Source: an uncultured Gemmataceae bacterium
Lineage (GTDB): Bacteria; Planctomycetota; Planctomycetia; Gemmatales; Gemmataceae
Direction of reading: 5' to 3'
DNA: 64,000 nucleotides
Assembly: GCA_963750165.1 (NCBI GenBank)
Contig: CAVVPN010000003.1
Span: 2,336,001-2,400,000, forward strand
This document shows, piece after piece, positions 30,850 to 42,467 of the stretch; the stretch's first letter is position 1, and each line of letters opens with the position of its first letter. The notes beneath the pieces were generated by a model. That model was not told the DNA's origin. It saw only the letters and a list, made by a program, of their open reading frames with translations, and searched no databases. A program made the position numbers and the translations under genes.

Positions 30850-31971
30850 TCACTCGACCTCGCGGAACGGCACCACCAGGTACTGATAATCGTTCGGTTC
30901 GTTGCGGAACAGCGCCGGGCTGTTGCCGTCGTTCATCTCCACTGTCAGCGGCGCGTCCACGTCCAGGATGCGCAGCATTTCCACCAGGAACTTCGGATCA
31001 AAACTGATCTGCACAGTCTTGCCTTCGTAGTCGATGGGCAGTTCCACGTGCGAGCGGCTGGCGTCGGTGCCACGGGCGGACAACGTTAGTTTGCCCTTGG
31101 CGAACTGGAAGACGACGCGGCGGCTGTCGTCCTCCGTCATGATGGCCGCCTGGCGCACGGCGCTCATGAACGGCCCGACCAGCAGCGGAATCTTGATCGG
31201 CTGCTTGGCTGGCAGCACCTTGCGGTAGTCCGGAAAGCGGCCCTCCAGCAGCCGGCTGTAAATCATGGCCCGTTCGGTGCGCACCAGGATTTCGTTGGGC
31301 CGCAGAGCGACGCGCACCGTTTCGTCCGGTTCCTGCAAGTTGCGTTCAAGCAGCGTCATCGCCTTGGGCGGCACCACGGGCATGTGGCTCTTGGTACTGT
31401 GGCCGCCGTGAGCCGTGGCGGGACCGTCCGTACACGCCAGACGCCGGCCATCCGTCGCCACCAGACGAATATGGTCCTCGTCCAGCTCCCACAGCACACC
31501 GGTGGTGGCGCCGTAGCGAGCCTGCTCCGCCACCGCGGCGGCGAACTGCGTCCGTTTAATCATCTCGCGCAGCACACCGGCGCTGACCTCGTGGTACTTC
31601 TCCTCCACGAACGCCGGGAAGTCTGGAAACGCCGAGGGGTCCTCGCTCGGCATCTCAAACTCGTTGTAGCGGCCGCGCAGCACGCAACTGCCGGGGTTGG
31701 CCTCAACGGTGACTTCCTCGTCTGTGGATTCGCGCAGGATGGCGATGAGGCGGGCCACCGGCAGCATGGCCTCGCCGGGCTCCTCGACGGTAACGGAGCG
31801 CACGTCGATGCGAATGCCGACCTCCGTGTCCGTGGCCATCAGCGTGCAGCGATCCGGCTGGGCAATGGTTTTGACGTTCTTCAAAATGGGTTTCACGTCG
31901 CGGGCCGCCACCGCCACGCTGGCAAGCTGACAGGCCTGCAAGAAACCTTCGCGATGACAAATCGCTTTCAT
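30850..31971 (-). CDS. dnaN: DNA polymerase III subunit beta (sliding clamp)
   Basis: KPILKNV, LMATDTEV, VATDGRRLA, SRLLEGRFPDY and YLVVP motifs; AGGAG RBS. Confidence 0.95.
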   Translation of the reverse strand: MKAICHREGFLQACQLASVAVAARDVKPILKNVKTIAQPDRCTLMATDTEVGIRIDVRSVTVEEPGEAMLPVARLIAILRESTDEEVTVEANPGSCVLRGRYNEFEMPSEDPSAFPDFPAFVEEKYHEVSAGVLREMIKRTQFAAAVAEQARYGATTGVLWELDEDHIRLVATDGRRLACTDGPATAHGGHSTKSHMPVVPPKAMTLLERNLQEPDETVRVALRPNEILVRTERAMIYSRLLEGRFPDYRKVLPAKQPIKIPLLVGPFMSAVRQAAIMTEDDSRRVVFQFAKGKLTLSARGTDASRSHVELPIDYEGKTVQISFDPKFLVEMLRILDVDAPLTVEMNDGNSPALFRNEPNDYQYLVVPFREVE

Positions 31972-32039
31972 GAGACTGCTCCTGTCTGACCGGCTGGGCT
32001 GACGCGCCCGTTTCCGGGTTGAACTCCATTTCCGGATGG

Positions 32040-32335
32040 TTTTGCTTTCATTCACGCTTGCCGAAGAAATAAATCATCTTTTTCTTTTCTCTCCAGCAGC
32101 AGTATTTAAGCAGCGCTTGTTTGTTGTTCGCAGGTCAGTTGCTGCGCTCTTGTTCTTTATCAGCACGCCATTTGCGTAAATGCTACCGTTGTGGAAAACC
32201 TGTCGCGCCAGGGTCGGTGGTCTGTTGCGTACTGTTGTCGGCGCCAGTCGTTTACTGACCGTGCAGCTTTCCGGAGCTATCCCATCACCGCTTCTGAACC
32301 ACGGCGCGACTGGGCGCGACAGGTTTTCCACCATG
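32040..32335. other. Putative replication origin (oriC)
   Basis: dnaA-dnaN intergenic position. DnaA-box-like TGTGGAAAA (32190-32198) and TTTTCCACC (32324-32332). Minus-strand TACTGCTGCTG trio-like run followed by an AT-rich tract (32066-32110). Confidence 0.65.
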
Positions 32336-32355
32336 GTGCAGGCGGTCCGCCTGCA

Positions 32356-33351
32356 TTACGAAAGCTCCGCCTGCAAGCGCCGGACAGCGCCGGACAGCGC
32401 CGCATCCTGTTCCAGGGCTCGCTCCACCTTGCGACAGGCGTGCAGCACCGTCGTGTGATCGCGGCCGCCGAAGTACGCACCGATCTGCCCCAGCGACAGG
32501 CCCGTCAGCTGGCGGGCCAGGTACATGCCGACCTGCCGCGGCACCAGCACACCCCGATAGCGCCGGCGCGATTGCAGCTGCCGCGGTTCCACCCGGAAGT
32601 AACCGCCCACGCGCTGGGCGATGCGCTCCATTGTGATGCGGCCGGCGTCAGCCTGTTCGCGGAAGTGGCCGGCCACCGCGGCCACGTCCGGCGCCGGCCC
32701 GGGCTGTCGCAGCAGCGCTTCCAGGTTCGTCAGGGCGCCGTCCAGCTGGCGGGCGCCGCCGGGCAGATGGTCCGCCAGCCAGGTCAGCACTTCCGGGGCG
32801 ACGGCCAGGCCGCGCTCCTCGGCGCGGCGGCGCAGGACGGCCAGCCGGCTGGCGGCGGACAGCGGCGTCAGGGCGACAGTCAGGCCCGCGGCCAGGCGGC
32901 TCGTCAGCCGGGCCGGCAGCGGTTCGCCGCGGTGCGTCAGTTGGGCCGGCCCGGTCAGGGCCGTCAGCACCACCTGCCGCTGTCGCGTCACGGCGTCATC
33001 GATCAACCGCACGAGCACCTCGGCCGCTCCGGGTGCCAGGTGTTGCACGTCCTCGACCACGATCAGGTCGGCGTCCTGGCCGGGCGTCGGCGCGTCGGCG
33101 GCGGGATGCAGGTCAGCGGCCGCCAGCGCATGGACAACCAGCGCCGGACAATCCCGCGTCAGTTCCTCGATCAGGGCGGACACCAGATGCGTTTTGCCGC
33201 TGCCGGTGGGGCCGTGCAGAAGCAGCGGATTGTGACGGCGACGCGGGCGCTGTTGGCGAACGCACTCCAGCACGTCTCGAACCGCCACGAACGCCGCACG
33301 GGTTTCCGCGACAGCCACGAAGCGTGCGAAGCTCAGTGCGGGCCGGTGCAT
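32356..33351 (-). CDS. dnaA: DnaA-like replication initiator lacking domains I-II
   Basis: NPLLLHGPTGSGKTHL, RLTSRLAAGL and RQLDGAL motifs. Domain IV PRQVGMYLARQLT.LSL..IG.YFGGRDHTTVLHACRKV. Only 331 aa. Confidence 0.88.
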   Translation of the reverse strand: MHRPALSFARFVAVAETRAAFVAVRDVLECVRQQRPRRRHNPLLLHGPTGSGKTHLVSALIEELTRDCPALVVHALAAADLHPAADAPTPGQDADLIVVEDVQHLAPGAAEVLVRLIDDAVTRQRQVVLTALTGPAQLTHRGEPLPARLTSRLAAGLTVALTPLSAASRLAVLRRRAEERGLAVAPEVLTWLADHLPGGARQLDGALTNLEALLRQPGPAPDVAAVAGHFREQADAGRITMERIAQRVGGYFRVEPRQLQSRRRYRGVLVPRQVGMYLARQLTGLSLGQIGAYFGGRDHTTVLHACRKVERALEQDAALSGAVRRLQAELS

Positions 33352-33656
33352 GGTTCCGGTAGTTCCCTCCCCGCACCAGGCGGTAGTGTGGGACTGGTTC
33401 TAAATTTCGGCCAGAAAACCGGTTGCGAGTACCGCGACGCCACGGGCCGGTGCGCCCGTCGTCTAAAGCATTGTATCCGAAAGGCGGCGCGGGGTAAAGC
33501 ACAATCGGCCCCAGGATGGCGCGACGTAAGTGCTTGAAAGAATGTGAGATCGGATTGAAAATTGGGAGGAGAGTTGGGGCACGGAGCCGGGTGCGGTATC
33601 GGTCCTGTGCGACCGACCGCGCCCGGCTCCGTGCGCCGGTGCTTGCAATTCGGAAG

Positions 33657-34094
33657 TCATTTCCCCTGTTTCGGTTGCGTCTGATGGTAGCGCGACACAC
33701 CGAGGCGTTCGCGCACCTGCTGCATGACACTGTCGGGCATGAGGCGTGTCCACAGCGCACTGGGGGATTCCACGGCCGAGGTCGATAACGCCAGCACGCG
33801 CCGCCGCTGGACTGGGTCGAACTTGCAGGCGGCGATGATGCCGGCCGGCCAGACACCCTGGTCGCTCACGGCGATGAACAGGTTCGGTAACTCCTTTTCG
33901 TGCTTGCCCTCGTAGAGGTACACGTCGAACGGCCCGTGGGCGCCGAAGACGGGTACGACAGGCAAGTTCTCGACGTAGTTGCTGACGCGCGTGGGCCGCA
34001 CTGCCTCGGTTTGCAGCAGGGCCTGGCTGGGGCGCAGGCTGACCGCGGCCAAAACGGAACCGTCCGCCAATGGCGCACCGACCAGACCGGTCAT
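33657..34094 (-). CDS. Hypothetical protein, or frameshifted C-terminal continuation of the upstream gene
   Basis: Open frame with host-like codon usage. Its ATG overlaps the upstream TGA (ATGA at 34091-34094). A frameshift join near 34130 is also possible. Confidence 0.55.
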   Translation of the reverse strand: MTGLVGAPLADGSVLAAVSLRPSQALLQTEAVRPTRVSNYVENLPVVPVFGAHGPFDVYLYEGKHEKELPNLFIAVSDQGVWPAGIIAACKFDPVQRRRVLALSTSAVESPSALWTRLMPDSVMQQVRERLGVSRYHQTQPKQGK

Positions 34095-35874
34095 GCTGGT
34101 GGCGGCGGCCGGCCGCGCCAGGACGCGCCCGACAGCAACCCGGGCGGCCACAGCGGCGCCAGGCGGGCCTGGTAGATCAGCAGCGGCTTGAGCCAGTTGC
34201 CGTGGTGCTCGTGGGACAGTCGCGTGTACTTCAACTGCAGTTCGTAGGTGTCTTCCTGGATGGTGCCTGCCTTGAGGAACTTCGGGTGTTGCAGCAGGAT
34301 GTCGAGCCAGGCGAGCAGGGCGTTTTTGTAGTTGGTCAGGGTCCGCGGGTTGACGATGTTGGCGGCCCCCTTGCGGGCGCGGAACAGATCGTAGCGGGCC
34401 TTGACCGTTTCCGGCAACATCTCTACCTCGGACTGGTCGAGGAAGGCGTCAATGTTAGTCATCGTCTTGTAGTGCCTGAACCACTGCAGTTTTTCCGCCT
34501 CGGGTGACTTCGCACCCTTGAGCGCCGCCTGGTGTTCCAGATCCTTGATTTCTTCTGGTTCCAGATACAGGCCGTTTTGGCGGGCGTATTCCTTGTACTC
34601 GCTGTAGCCCTGAGCCCAGGCCAGCCTGGACTGGTAACGGCCCGCGCCGACGAGCACATCGGTTTTCACGTTCCCCTCGTCGGGTTCGGTGCCGAAGAAC
34701 TTGCGAATCGACCAGCCCTCGCCGCCGAACCAACCTTCCGTCTGGAGCTGCTCGGCGTAGTAGACCTCGGCGCGGGCGGGGTAGCTGCGGAAGATCGATA
34801 TCGCCATGCGCGGCATACGGTAGCGAGCCGGGTCGTATTCCAGTTTGTCGATGCGGGGGTTGCCGTTCGGCGGCGGCAGCGGCTGCTGGGCGTAGATGTA
34901 CCAGGCGCGGACGATTTGAAACACGTCCACGTCGTCGCCCTCGAAGTTGCGGCTCTCGGGGTTGGGGCAATAGGGCTTCACCTCGGCAAACTTTTCCGGC
35001 AGCACGGGGAACTGCGCCTGCGGTTCGAGCAGCGGCACCGTCTCCTGCGGATTGGTCAGCTTCTCGAAGCGCGAGGGCAGGTCACGGTTCTCTTGCAGGA
35101 AACCAACGACCTTGGTGGCGGTGCCATAGTTTTTCAGGCGCTCTTGAAGGCGGCGCACGAAGCGTGGATATTTAGTGCAGAAATCAATGAAGCGTTTGGT
35201 GTTGACCTTCTTGCCCTGGGCGCCGGCGGCCCACAGGCTCTCGGGGTAGCGGTCGGCCGGGTCCATCATGCTCATGTCGAGCAGGCACTGCATGACGTTC
35301 TGGTCGTCGCTCTGGCCGATCTTGAGCTGGTAGGTGAAACCGATGTGGTAGCGCATCTCCGGGTTGGCGGGCGAGCGCAGTTCGGGGTTGGGATGGTCGT
35401 TGCCCTTGTTGCGGCGCTCGCCCTCGGCAAGTAACTCGATACCGCGGGTCACGAAATAATATTTGTCCTTGGGCTTGTCGCACTCGACGGCGACGTTGAA
35501 GGACAGGTTCCAGCTCTGGAACAGCCAGGGCGTGATGAAGTGCGGTTGCAGCTTGGTGAGCGAGCGGACGATGCTTTCGAGTTCGTTGTACTCGTGTTTC
35601 TTCTGTTTCTCGATGGCGGACAGCCACAGATAGGTGACGGCGATGCCGCGCAGCCCGGACGCGACCAGGCGCAGGGCTGAGCCGGTCAGTTCCGGTTCGC
35701 CCTGATCGACCTCGCGCAGCGCAGGTTTTCCGCCTGCTTGTTGATCGACGGGGAGTCCGCTCCCAGCGCCACCCGGCCGCGCAGGAACAGCGACACCGTG
35801 AACAGCACCAGGATCAAACCAAAATACACAAACTTGCGCGTCAGCGATTGCTGCTGGAATTTGTTTTGTGCCAT
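34091..35874 (-). CDS. Conserved planctomycete TM + TPR-like protein of the ABC-transporter operon ('IRE-like'); frameshift near 35720
   Basis: AAGGAGG RBS and N-terminal TM (RKFVYFGLILVLF). After adding one C: LREVDQGE...GLRGIAVTYLW...LTKLQPHFITPWLFQSWNLSFNV, continuing into ORF 34091-35452. Confidence 0.75.
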
Positions 35875-35892
35875 TTCATCCTCCTTCGGAGG

Positions 35893-36008
35893 AGTCATTA
35901 GTCATTAGTCATTAGTCATTAGTTTTCTGGGTCGCAGATCAAAGCAAAAGTTTAGGTGCTCGGCTGCGACCCAGAAAACTAATGACTAATGACTAATGAC
36001 TAATGACT
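35893..36008. repeat. Perfect 45-bp inverted repeat built from (AGTCATT)4 heptamers
   Basis: Arms 35893-35937 and 35964-36008 are exact reverse complements. Confidence 0.9.
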
Positions 36009-38014
36009 ACGTGGGATTCGCGATCTCGCGGGACTTCATCAGGTAATAGCCGAGGATGCCGCAGGGCACCAGGTACGCCAGCAGCGGCAGCAGATTGTCC
36101 AGGAACAGCACCTGCATGAGCGAAATGTCGAAGCCGTTGGACACGTAGATCGCCAGGTCATAGCGCGTCACGTCCGGAATGACGCGCATCAGCAACTTGA
36201 GCAGCCAGCGGTACGAATCGTCAAAGGCGACAATGACGCCGTACTGTCCGGTTGACTTGTCCAGCGGCGCGTTGATGTTCTGACGGTTCCACAGCCGCAC
36301 CATTGAGCCCATCGGGCCGCCCTCACGGCCGCCCTCCGTCCGCCCCTCCGCCAGCGAGCGGATGTAGTCCGAGAACAGGCCGGCGCCGCACAAAAAGCCG
36401 GTCGCCAGAAAAGCGATGATGCCGCTCAGGTACGTGCTGGCGATCACCGCGATGCCCAGCACCAGACACGCCCCCAGCCAGATCGCCACCGCGCCCTTCA
36501 GGAAGTTGATCCAGAACGGATAGTCGCCCTCCAGCAAGTACAGGTCGCGGCGCGCGACGCCGATCATCTGCGTGCTACTGCCCGGCGTCCGCTCCACGTT
36601 GATGAGCACCTGCATGGCCGGCGGCTTCTTGCCGTTTTCACCGGGACTGAGCCGGGCCGCGTCCTCGCGCAGCTTCTTGAAAATGGCCGCCGGCACCCGC
36701 AGCTTCTGCGTGTGGTAGTCGGTCACCTCGACGCCGCCCATTTGATAGACGCCGTACTTGTTCAGCAGCTGCAGGTCCGTCTCGTTCAGGCCCTCCGCCG
36801 GCGCCTCGGCCGCTGGCTTCTTCCGGGGGCCTTCCTTCTGGTGCGCTTTCAGCAGTTCAATGCGCTCGTCGCTGGACTGGTCCAACGCCTTCTTCACGGC
36901 GGGCACCGACAGACTGACCGGGCGCGAACGTGAAGGTGCAGAAAACGCCCTGGGCCTCGATGCCCTTGGTGGTGCGGAAGATGTCGAAGGTGAACTCCAG
37001 GTCCACCGGTTCGGTGCGGTCGCTCAGCGCCGCCGGCAGCTCGTCGAAGATCCAGATGGCGTACTGCGTTCCCTGGCGCTCGGAGAACAGGCCGGGGCCG
37101 GCGATGTAACTGCGGTAGTCCCATTCACGGCCGACGCTCTCGCCGCGGGTGTCGCGGGTGGTGCCGTGGAACGTGAGGTTGTTGGCGAACAGCGGCACCC
37201 GGGCGTGATAGCTTTCCGCCGCCGCCTCCGGCGAGACGCCGCGCAGCACATAGAACAGGCTCAGCAGCGTCACCGCCGCCAGTTCGGCGAGCAGCAGCAG
37301 GGCGTAGCCGGTGAAGCGGCCCAGGACGATCTCGTAGCGCTGCACCGGCTTGGTGACGATGGTGTGAATGGTCTGGTTCTTGACATCGGCGGGAATGCTG
37401 AACGAGCCGAGCAGTACCGCGGTGATGATGAACAGCAGTGACATCGCGAAGTAGGCGACACCAACACGGGTGCGCAGCTGATCCTCGGCCTTGCCGGTGA
37501 TGTACCAGTCGGCGTACAGGTAGATGATTGGGATGACCAGGCAGATGGCCCAGATGCGCAGCCGCCAGGCTTCCTTGAGGCTGACGCTGGCCAGGGCCCA
37601 GATACGGCGGCCGACCAGGCGATGCGCGAACACGTCGAGCAGGATCGGCAGCGTGACGGCGAACAGGGCCAGGCCGCCGCCGAGCGTCAGAAAGAGGGCC
37701 TGGGCGAAGGTGTAATGGAGGGTGGGCGGCAGACGCGGCTCGGGGTTGGGCACCGCGATCAGCGGCTGCGAGAAGAACAGCACGATGAAGATCGCGTAGC
37801 TGACGGCACTGAGGCTGGCGGCGGCGAAGACGAAGCGCTTGGTGGCGCTCCATTCGGGGTCGATCCAGGCGGGTCGCTGCAGGTAGTAGGCCAGGCCCAC
37901 GATGACCAGGGCGATGGCCGCCAGGGCGCCGGCGTCCTGCAGCCAGCCGGCCAGCGCCGTGGGCAACAGCGCCCATTCCAGCTGCGGTCGTTCGATAATC
38001 AGGCTGGCAAACAT
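36007..38014 (-). CDS. ABC transporter permease (ABC-2-like; frameshift near 36915)
   Basis: Multiple TM helices. SIPADVKNQTIHTIVTKPVQRYEIVLGRF, GESVGREWDYRSYI, FTFDIFRTTKG, NFLKG and C-terminal MKSREIANPT. Confidence 0.8.
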
Positions 38015-38147
38015 GGCGTTCGTCGATCCTGGGTAGAACGGGATGAATCAGGGAAATCGGTCTTTCCGCCGCTTGCAGCTCAGAGTCACCGGACAACACT
38101 CTGTGGTCGCAGGCTTTAGCGCGGTTTGCAGGTGCGTGTAGCATGTA

Positions 38148-38206
38148 GTAGGTCCGGCGAGCCGAGCCGGACCCGCAGCGGGTGCCGCTCGGCTCGCGGC
38201 ACCTAC
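38148..38206. repeat. GTAG-type REP doublet
   Basis: gtaggtccggcgagccgagccggacc ... ggtgccgctcggctcgcggcacctac. Confidence 0.7.
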
Positions 38207-38249
38207 CCCAGACCGCTACACCCAACCGCAATCCGCTTTAGCCTGCGTA

Positions 38250-39398
38250 TTACCCCGGCACGAAATAAGATCAAATCAATTCTACCGGGGCAGCGTACCG
38301 AGTCCACGGATGTAGAAAGTAACTTATCACATGATCCGGCACCCGAACCAAGCGTTTCATGAAGTCCAACAACCGGCCCTGCAACGTCGGCCGGTCGGGC
38401 GGCAGGCCCGCCTCGTTCACCGTACCCTTCATGTCGTTGTTCAAATACTCCACTGGGTTCAACTCCGGCGAATACGCCGGCAGATAAAACACCTCGATCT
38501 GGTCCCGGTGCGCCTCCACCCAGGCCTGTACCGCCGGCGTCTTGTGGGCTTGCAGCCGATCCGCGATCAGCAGCATCTTCCGCGTCGCCCCTGCGATCAG
38601 CTTGGTCAAGAACATCAGGAACACCGCCGCGTCGAGCGCGCCCTGGTAAGTCATGAACCGTACCGTCCCCTCGTTGCTGATGGCCGAAATCTGGTTGACC
38701 CGGAGGTGGGGCTTAGGCACCTCCATCGTCGCGCGTGCTCCGAGGCGGGCGTAGCCGTAACCGGGGTGGTGATCGGCCGCCACGCCGACCTCATCGGTCC
38801 ACAGAATTTCCGCCTGCTCGCGCTCAGCCTGGGCTTCGATGGCGGGGTAGGTTTCCAGCAACCACTCCTCGACCGCGTCGGGATCCTGCTGCCGCGCGTG
38901 CCGGCTCGGTTTCTTGGAGGTGTAACCCCAGCGGCGCAAGTACGCGCCGACGGTGCGCTCGGCCAGGTCGATGCCGAACTCCTGGCGGATCAGGTCGCGC
39001 ACGGCGCGGCGCGTCCACAAGGCGTGCGGGATGCCCACTTCCTCCGGGGAGTGCAGGTCGATGCACGCCCGGATGCGCTCGGCCTGCGGGTCGGACAAGT
39101 AGCGCCCGGAACCGAGCGGCCGGCCGCTGCGACCGCCGGGCAGGGCAGACAGGCCGTCGGCGACGTAGGCCGTCCACCAGCGACTGATGGTTTCGTGGCA
39201 GACGCCCAGGAGTTCGGCGAGATCCAACTCGGAGTAGCCCAACTCGATCCCCCGTAAGGCGCGCAGACGCAGCACCTGGAGGGCTTCATCCGACAACTGG
39301 CGGGCGTCAGGTAACTGGATGGACATGAGCAGTCTCCGTCTCGGAGTGTCGCGGTTATTCTCCCAACGGACTTTTGAGCAACTTTCATGCCGTGGTAA
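38250..39398 (-). mobile_element. IS630-family insertion sequence
   Basis: Terminal IRs (ta)ttaccccggcacgaaa / tttcatgccgtggtaa(ta), 16/18 match including the flanking TA duplication at 38248-38249 and 39399-39400. Confidence 0.9.
38271..39326 (-). CDS. IS630-family transposase
   Basis: N-terminal HTH, LWTRRAVRDLI, WTDEVG, IADRLQAH and LPAYSPELNPVE DDE motifs; single intact ORF. Confidence 0.93.
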   Translation of the reverse strand: MSIQLPDARQLSDEALQVLRLRALRGIELGYSELDLAELLGVCHETISRWWTAYVADGLSALPGGRSGRPLGSGRYLSDPQAERIRACIDLHSPEEVGIPHALWTRRAVRDLIRQEFGIDLAERTVGAYLRRWGYTSKKPSRHARQQDPDAVEEWLLETYPAIEAQAEREQAEILWTDEVGVAADHHPGYGYARLGARATMEVPKPHLRVNQISAISNEGTVRFMTYQGALDAAVFLMFLTKLIAGATRKMLLIADRLQAHKTPAVQAWVEAHRDQIEVFYLPAYSPELNPVEYLNNDMKGTVNEAGLPPDRPTLQGRLLDFMKRLVRVPDHVISYFLHPWTRYAAPVELI

Positions 39399-39476
39399 TA
39401 AGCCGAACGCAAACTAAAGTTTGCGGCTACGGCCTGAGCCGGGCAAGCCGTTTTATCCGCTTGCGGCAGAAGTCCC

Positions 39477-40454
39477 TCAACTGCCCACGTCGGTCACATG
39501 TTCGGAGCGCTCCTTGCCGTCGCCTGTGGCGGCCGGCGGTGACGGCGGCGCGGCCTGGCGCTGGCCCTCGGGCAGATAACGGCGGCCGGGGTGGGCCTTG
39601 CTCTGCTGCACGATGTGCAGGAACAGATCCTCCAGCGTCGTCGTCGGATGCCCCAGGAACTCCAGCTTGCCGCCGTGCCGCGCCAGCACCTCTTCCAGGT
39701 CGCGGCGCAGTTCGTCGTTGATCTGCACCCCGCTGGCCCGCAGTTCCAGCCGCTGCACATCCTCCAGCAGCGTCTTGACGCTGCCCATTTCCTGCAATTC
39801 GCCCTCGTTCAGGATGGCGATGCGGTCGCAGATGTCCTGCACGTCCTCCAGACGGTGGCTGCACATGATGACCGTCTTGCCCAGGTTGCGCAGATCCACG
39901 ATCTTGTCCTTCATCCAGCGTGTGCCGAGCGGATCGAGGCCGCTGGTCGGCTCGTCGAGGATGACGAGTTCGGGATCGTTGATGAGGGCCTGGGCGAAGC
40001 CGATGCGCTGTCGCATGCCCTTGGAGTATTCGCGGAGGATGCGCTTCTTGTCGGCGCTGAGGCCGACCATGTCGATGAGCTTCTGAGAGCGGGCGCGGCG
40101 CTCGGCGGGCGGCAGGTTGAACAGGCTGCCGTAGAAGTCGAGCGTCTCCTCGGCGGTGAGGAAGCGATACAGATACGACTCCTCGGGCAGGTAGCCGATG
40201 CGCTCGTTTTTCTTGACATCGGCGGCGGGCTGGCCGAACAGGTACGCCTCGCCCTCGGTGGGGAAGAGTAGACCGAGCAGCAGCTTGATGGTGGTGGTCT
40301 TGCCGGAGCCGTTGGGCCCGAGCAGGCCGAAAATCTCGCCGCGACGGATTTCCAGGTTGAGGGCGCGCAGGGCGACCTTCTTCTGCCGTCCCCAGAAGTC
40401 GCGGTAGACCTTGGTGAGCTTGCGTGTCTCGACCAGGACGTTGGAATCACTCAT
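39477..40454 (-). CDS. ABC transporter ATP-binding protein
   Basis: [27 protein letters not shown] and CSH motifs. Confidence 0.93.
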   Translation of the reverse strand: MSDSNVLVETRKLTKVYRDFWGRQKKVALRALNLEIRRGEIFGLLGPNGSGKTTTIKLLLGLLFPTEGEAYLFGQPAADVKKNERIGYLPEESYLYRFLTAEETLDFYGSLFNLPPAERRARSQKLIDMVGLSADKKRILREYSKGMRQRIGFAQALINDPELVILDEPTSGLDPLGTRWMKDKIVDLRNLGKTVIMCSHRLEDVQDICDRIAILNEGELQEMGSVKTLLEDVQRLELRASGVQINDELRRDLEEVLARHGGKLEFLGHPTTTLEDLFLHIVQQSKAHPGRRYLPEGQRQAAPPSPPAATGDGKERSEHVTDVGS

Positions 40455-40636
40455 GAACAGCTACCTCGCCTGTTCGCAATACTCGACCGACGGGCGCGGC
40501 GTTGTGGGTTGCTACGCCGTCAGGGTCGTCAGGGTTCGCCGGTTTGTGCGCTTGTGCCAAGCGGCTTGGCGGAGGTTATCTTAACAGAAACGGCCGGCGC
40601 TGCCAGGGGGCAGTCAGGGGTGAACCTTCGGTTTCG

Positions 40637-40702
40637 GGCGAGCGGCGCGGCGTCCGGCCCGCCGGTACTGCGAGTCACCGGCGCTGACGCCGCGCCGCTC
40701 GC
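40637..40702. repeat. REP-like palindrome (same family as 4537-4604)
   Basis: ggcgagcggcgcggcgtc...accggcgctgacgccgcgccgctcgc. Confidence 0.75.
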
Positions 40703-40861
40703 TCAATTCCAGAGGCACAGTCGCTGCGCTCCCGGTCAAGGGTCGGATACTTTACTTTTCACACGATTTTCGTTGGCGGTCCGTTCGGCGAGCGCGGTAC
40801 ACTCGGCGATCTATGATGGTCTTTTATTCGTGGTTTCCGGCCTCTTTTCAGGAGAGTTCCG

Positions 40862-41905
<1,044 letters not shown>

Positions 41906-41923
41906 CCGAAGGAGGAGTCGAAC

Positions 41924-42382
41924 ATGGGTTCGCTGTGCAAGCGCTGGGTCGGGCTGCTGGTGCTGGCGGCGGTCTGCGCCGCGGGCTGCGGCGACAGTAC
42001 CACCGGCACCGTCAGCGGCGAGGTCACCTACGAGGGCAAGCCGGTGGAGACGGGATACATCACCTTCCACCCCGCCGACGGCGGCAAGGGGACCGAGGTC
42101 GCCGCCCCCATTAAGGACGGCAGGTTCACCGTGGCCAACCTCAGCCCCGGGCCGAAGATGGTCCACATTGCCGGCAACAGCAAGGTGGAGTTCGCACGCA
42201 CTACCGAAGAACTGCGGCAGCAGTCCAGGGCCAAACCCAAGGTGGACCCGGTCACCGGTCTCATTCCGGCTCCCGACGCGGTGCCGAACGACGCCGAGGG
42301 CAACCGTGTCCGGGTGGTGGTGGAGGCAGGGACGCAGACGATGAACTTTCCGCTGAAGAAGCCGGCGGCGAAGAAGCAGTGA
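41924..42382 (+). CDS. Lipoprotein, carboxypeptidase-regulatory-like domain (usual DUF1559 partner)
   Basis: Lipobox AAGCG; VSGEVTYEGKPV..G.I.F.P...I.DGRF motif. Confidence 0.85.
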   Translation: MGSLCKRWVGLLVLAAVCAAGCGDSTTGTVSGEVTYEGKPVETGYITFHPADGGKGTEVAAPIKDGRFTVANLSPGPKMVHIAGNSKVEFARTTEELRQQSRAKPKVDPVTGLIPAPDAVPNDAEGNRVRVVVEAGTQTMNFPLKKPAAKKQ

Positions 42383-42467
42383 CGCGGAGCGCTAGGCCGC
42401 AAGCGGCAGACAAGATGGGGATGGCGCTCCAACTGCTCTTTCTGCCGCTTGCGGCCTGGCGCTGCTC

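Noticed and set aside
27674..30886. 1070-aa ORF on the + strand
   Set aside because: Antisense shadow of gyrB/dciA caused by high GC3. The same applies to most long alternative-frame ORFs, e.g. 891-2429, 19711-22284 and 54134-55738.
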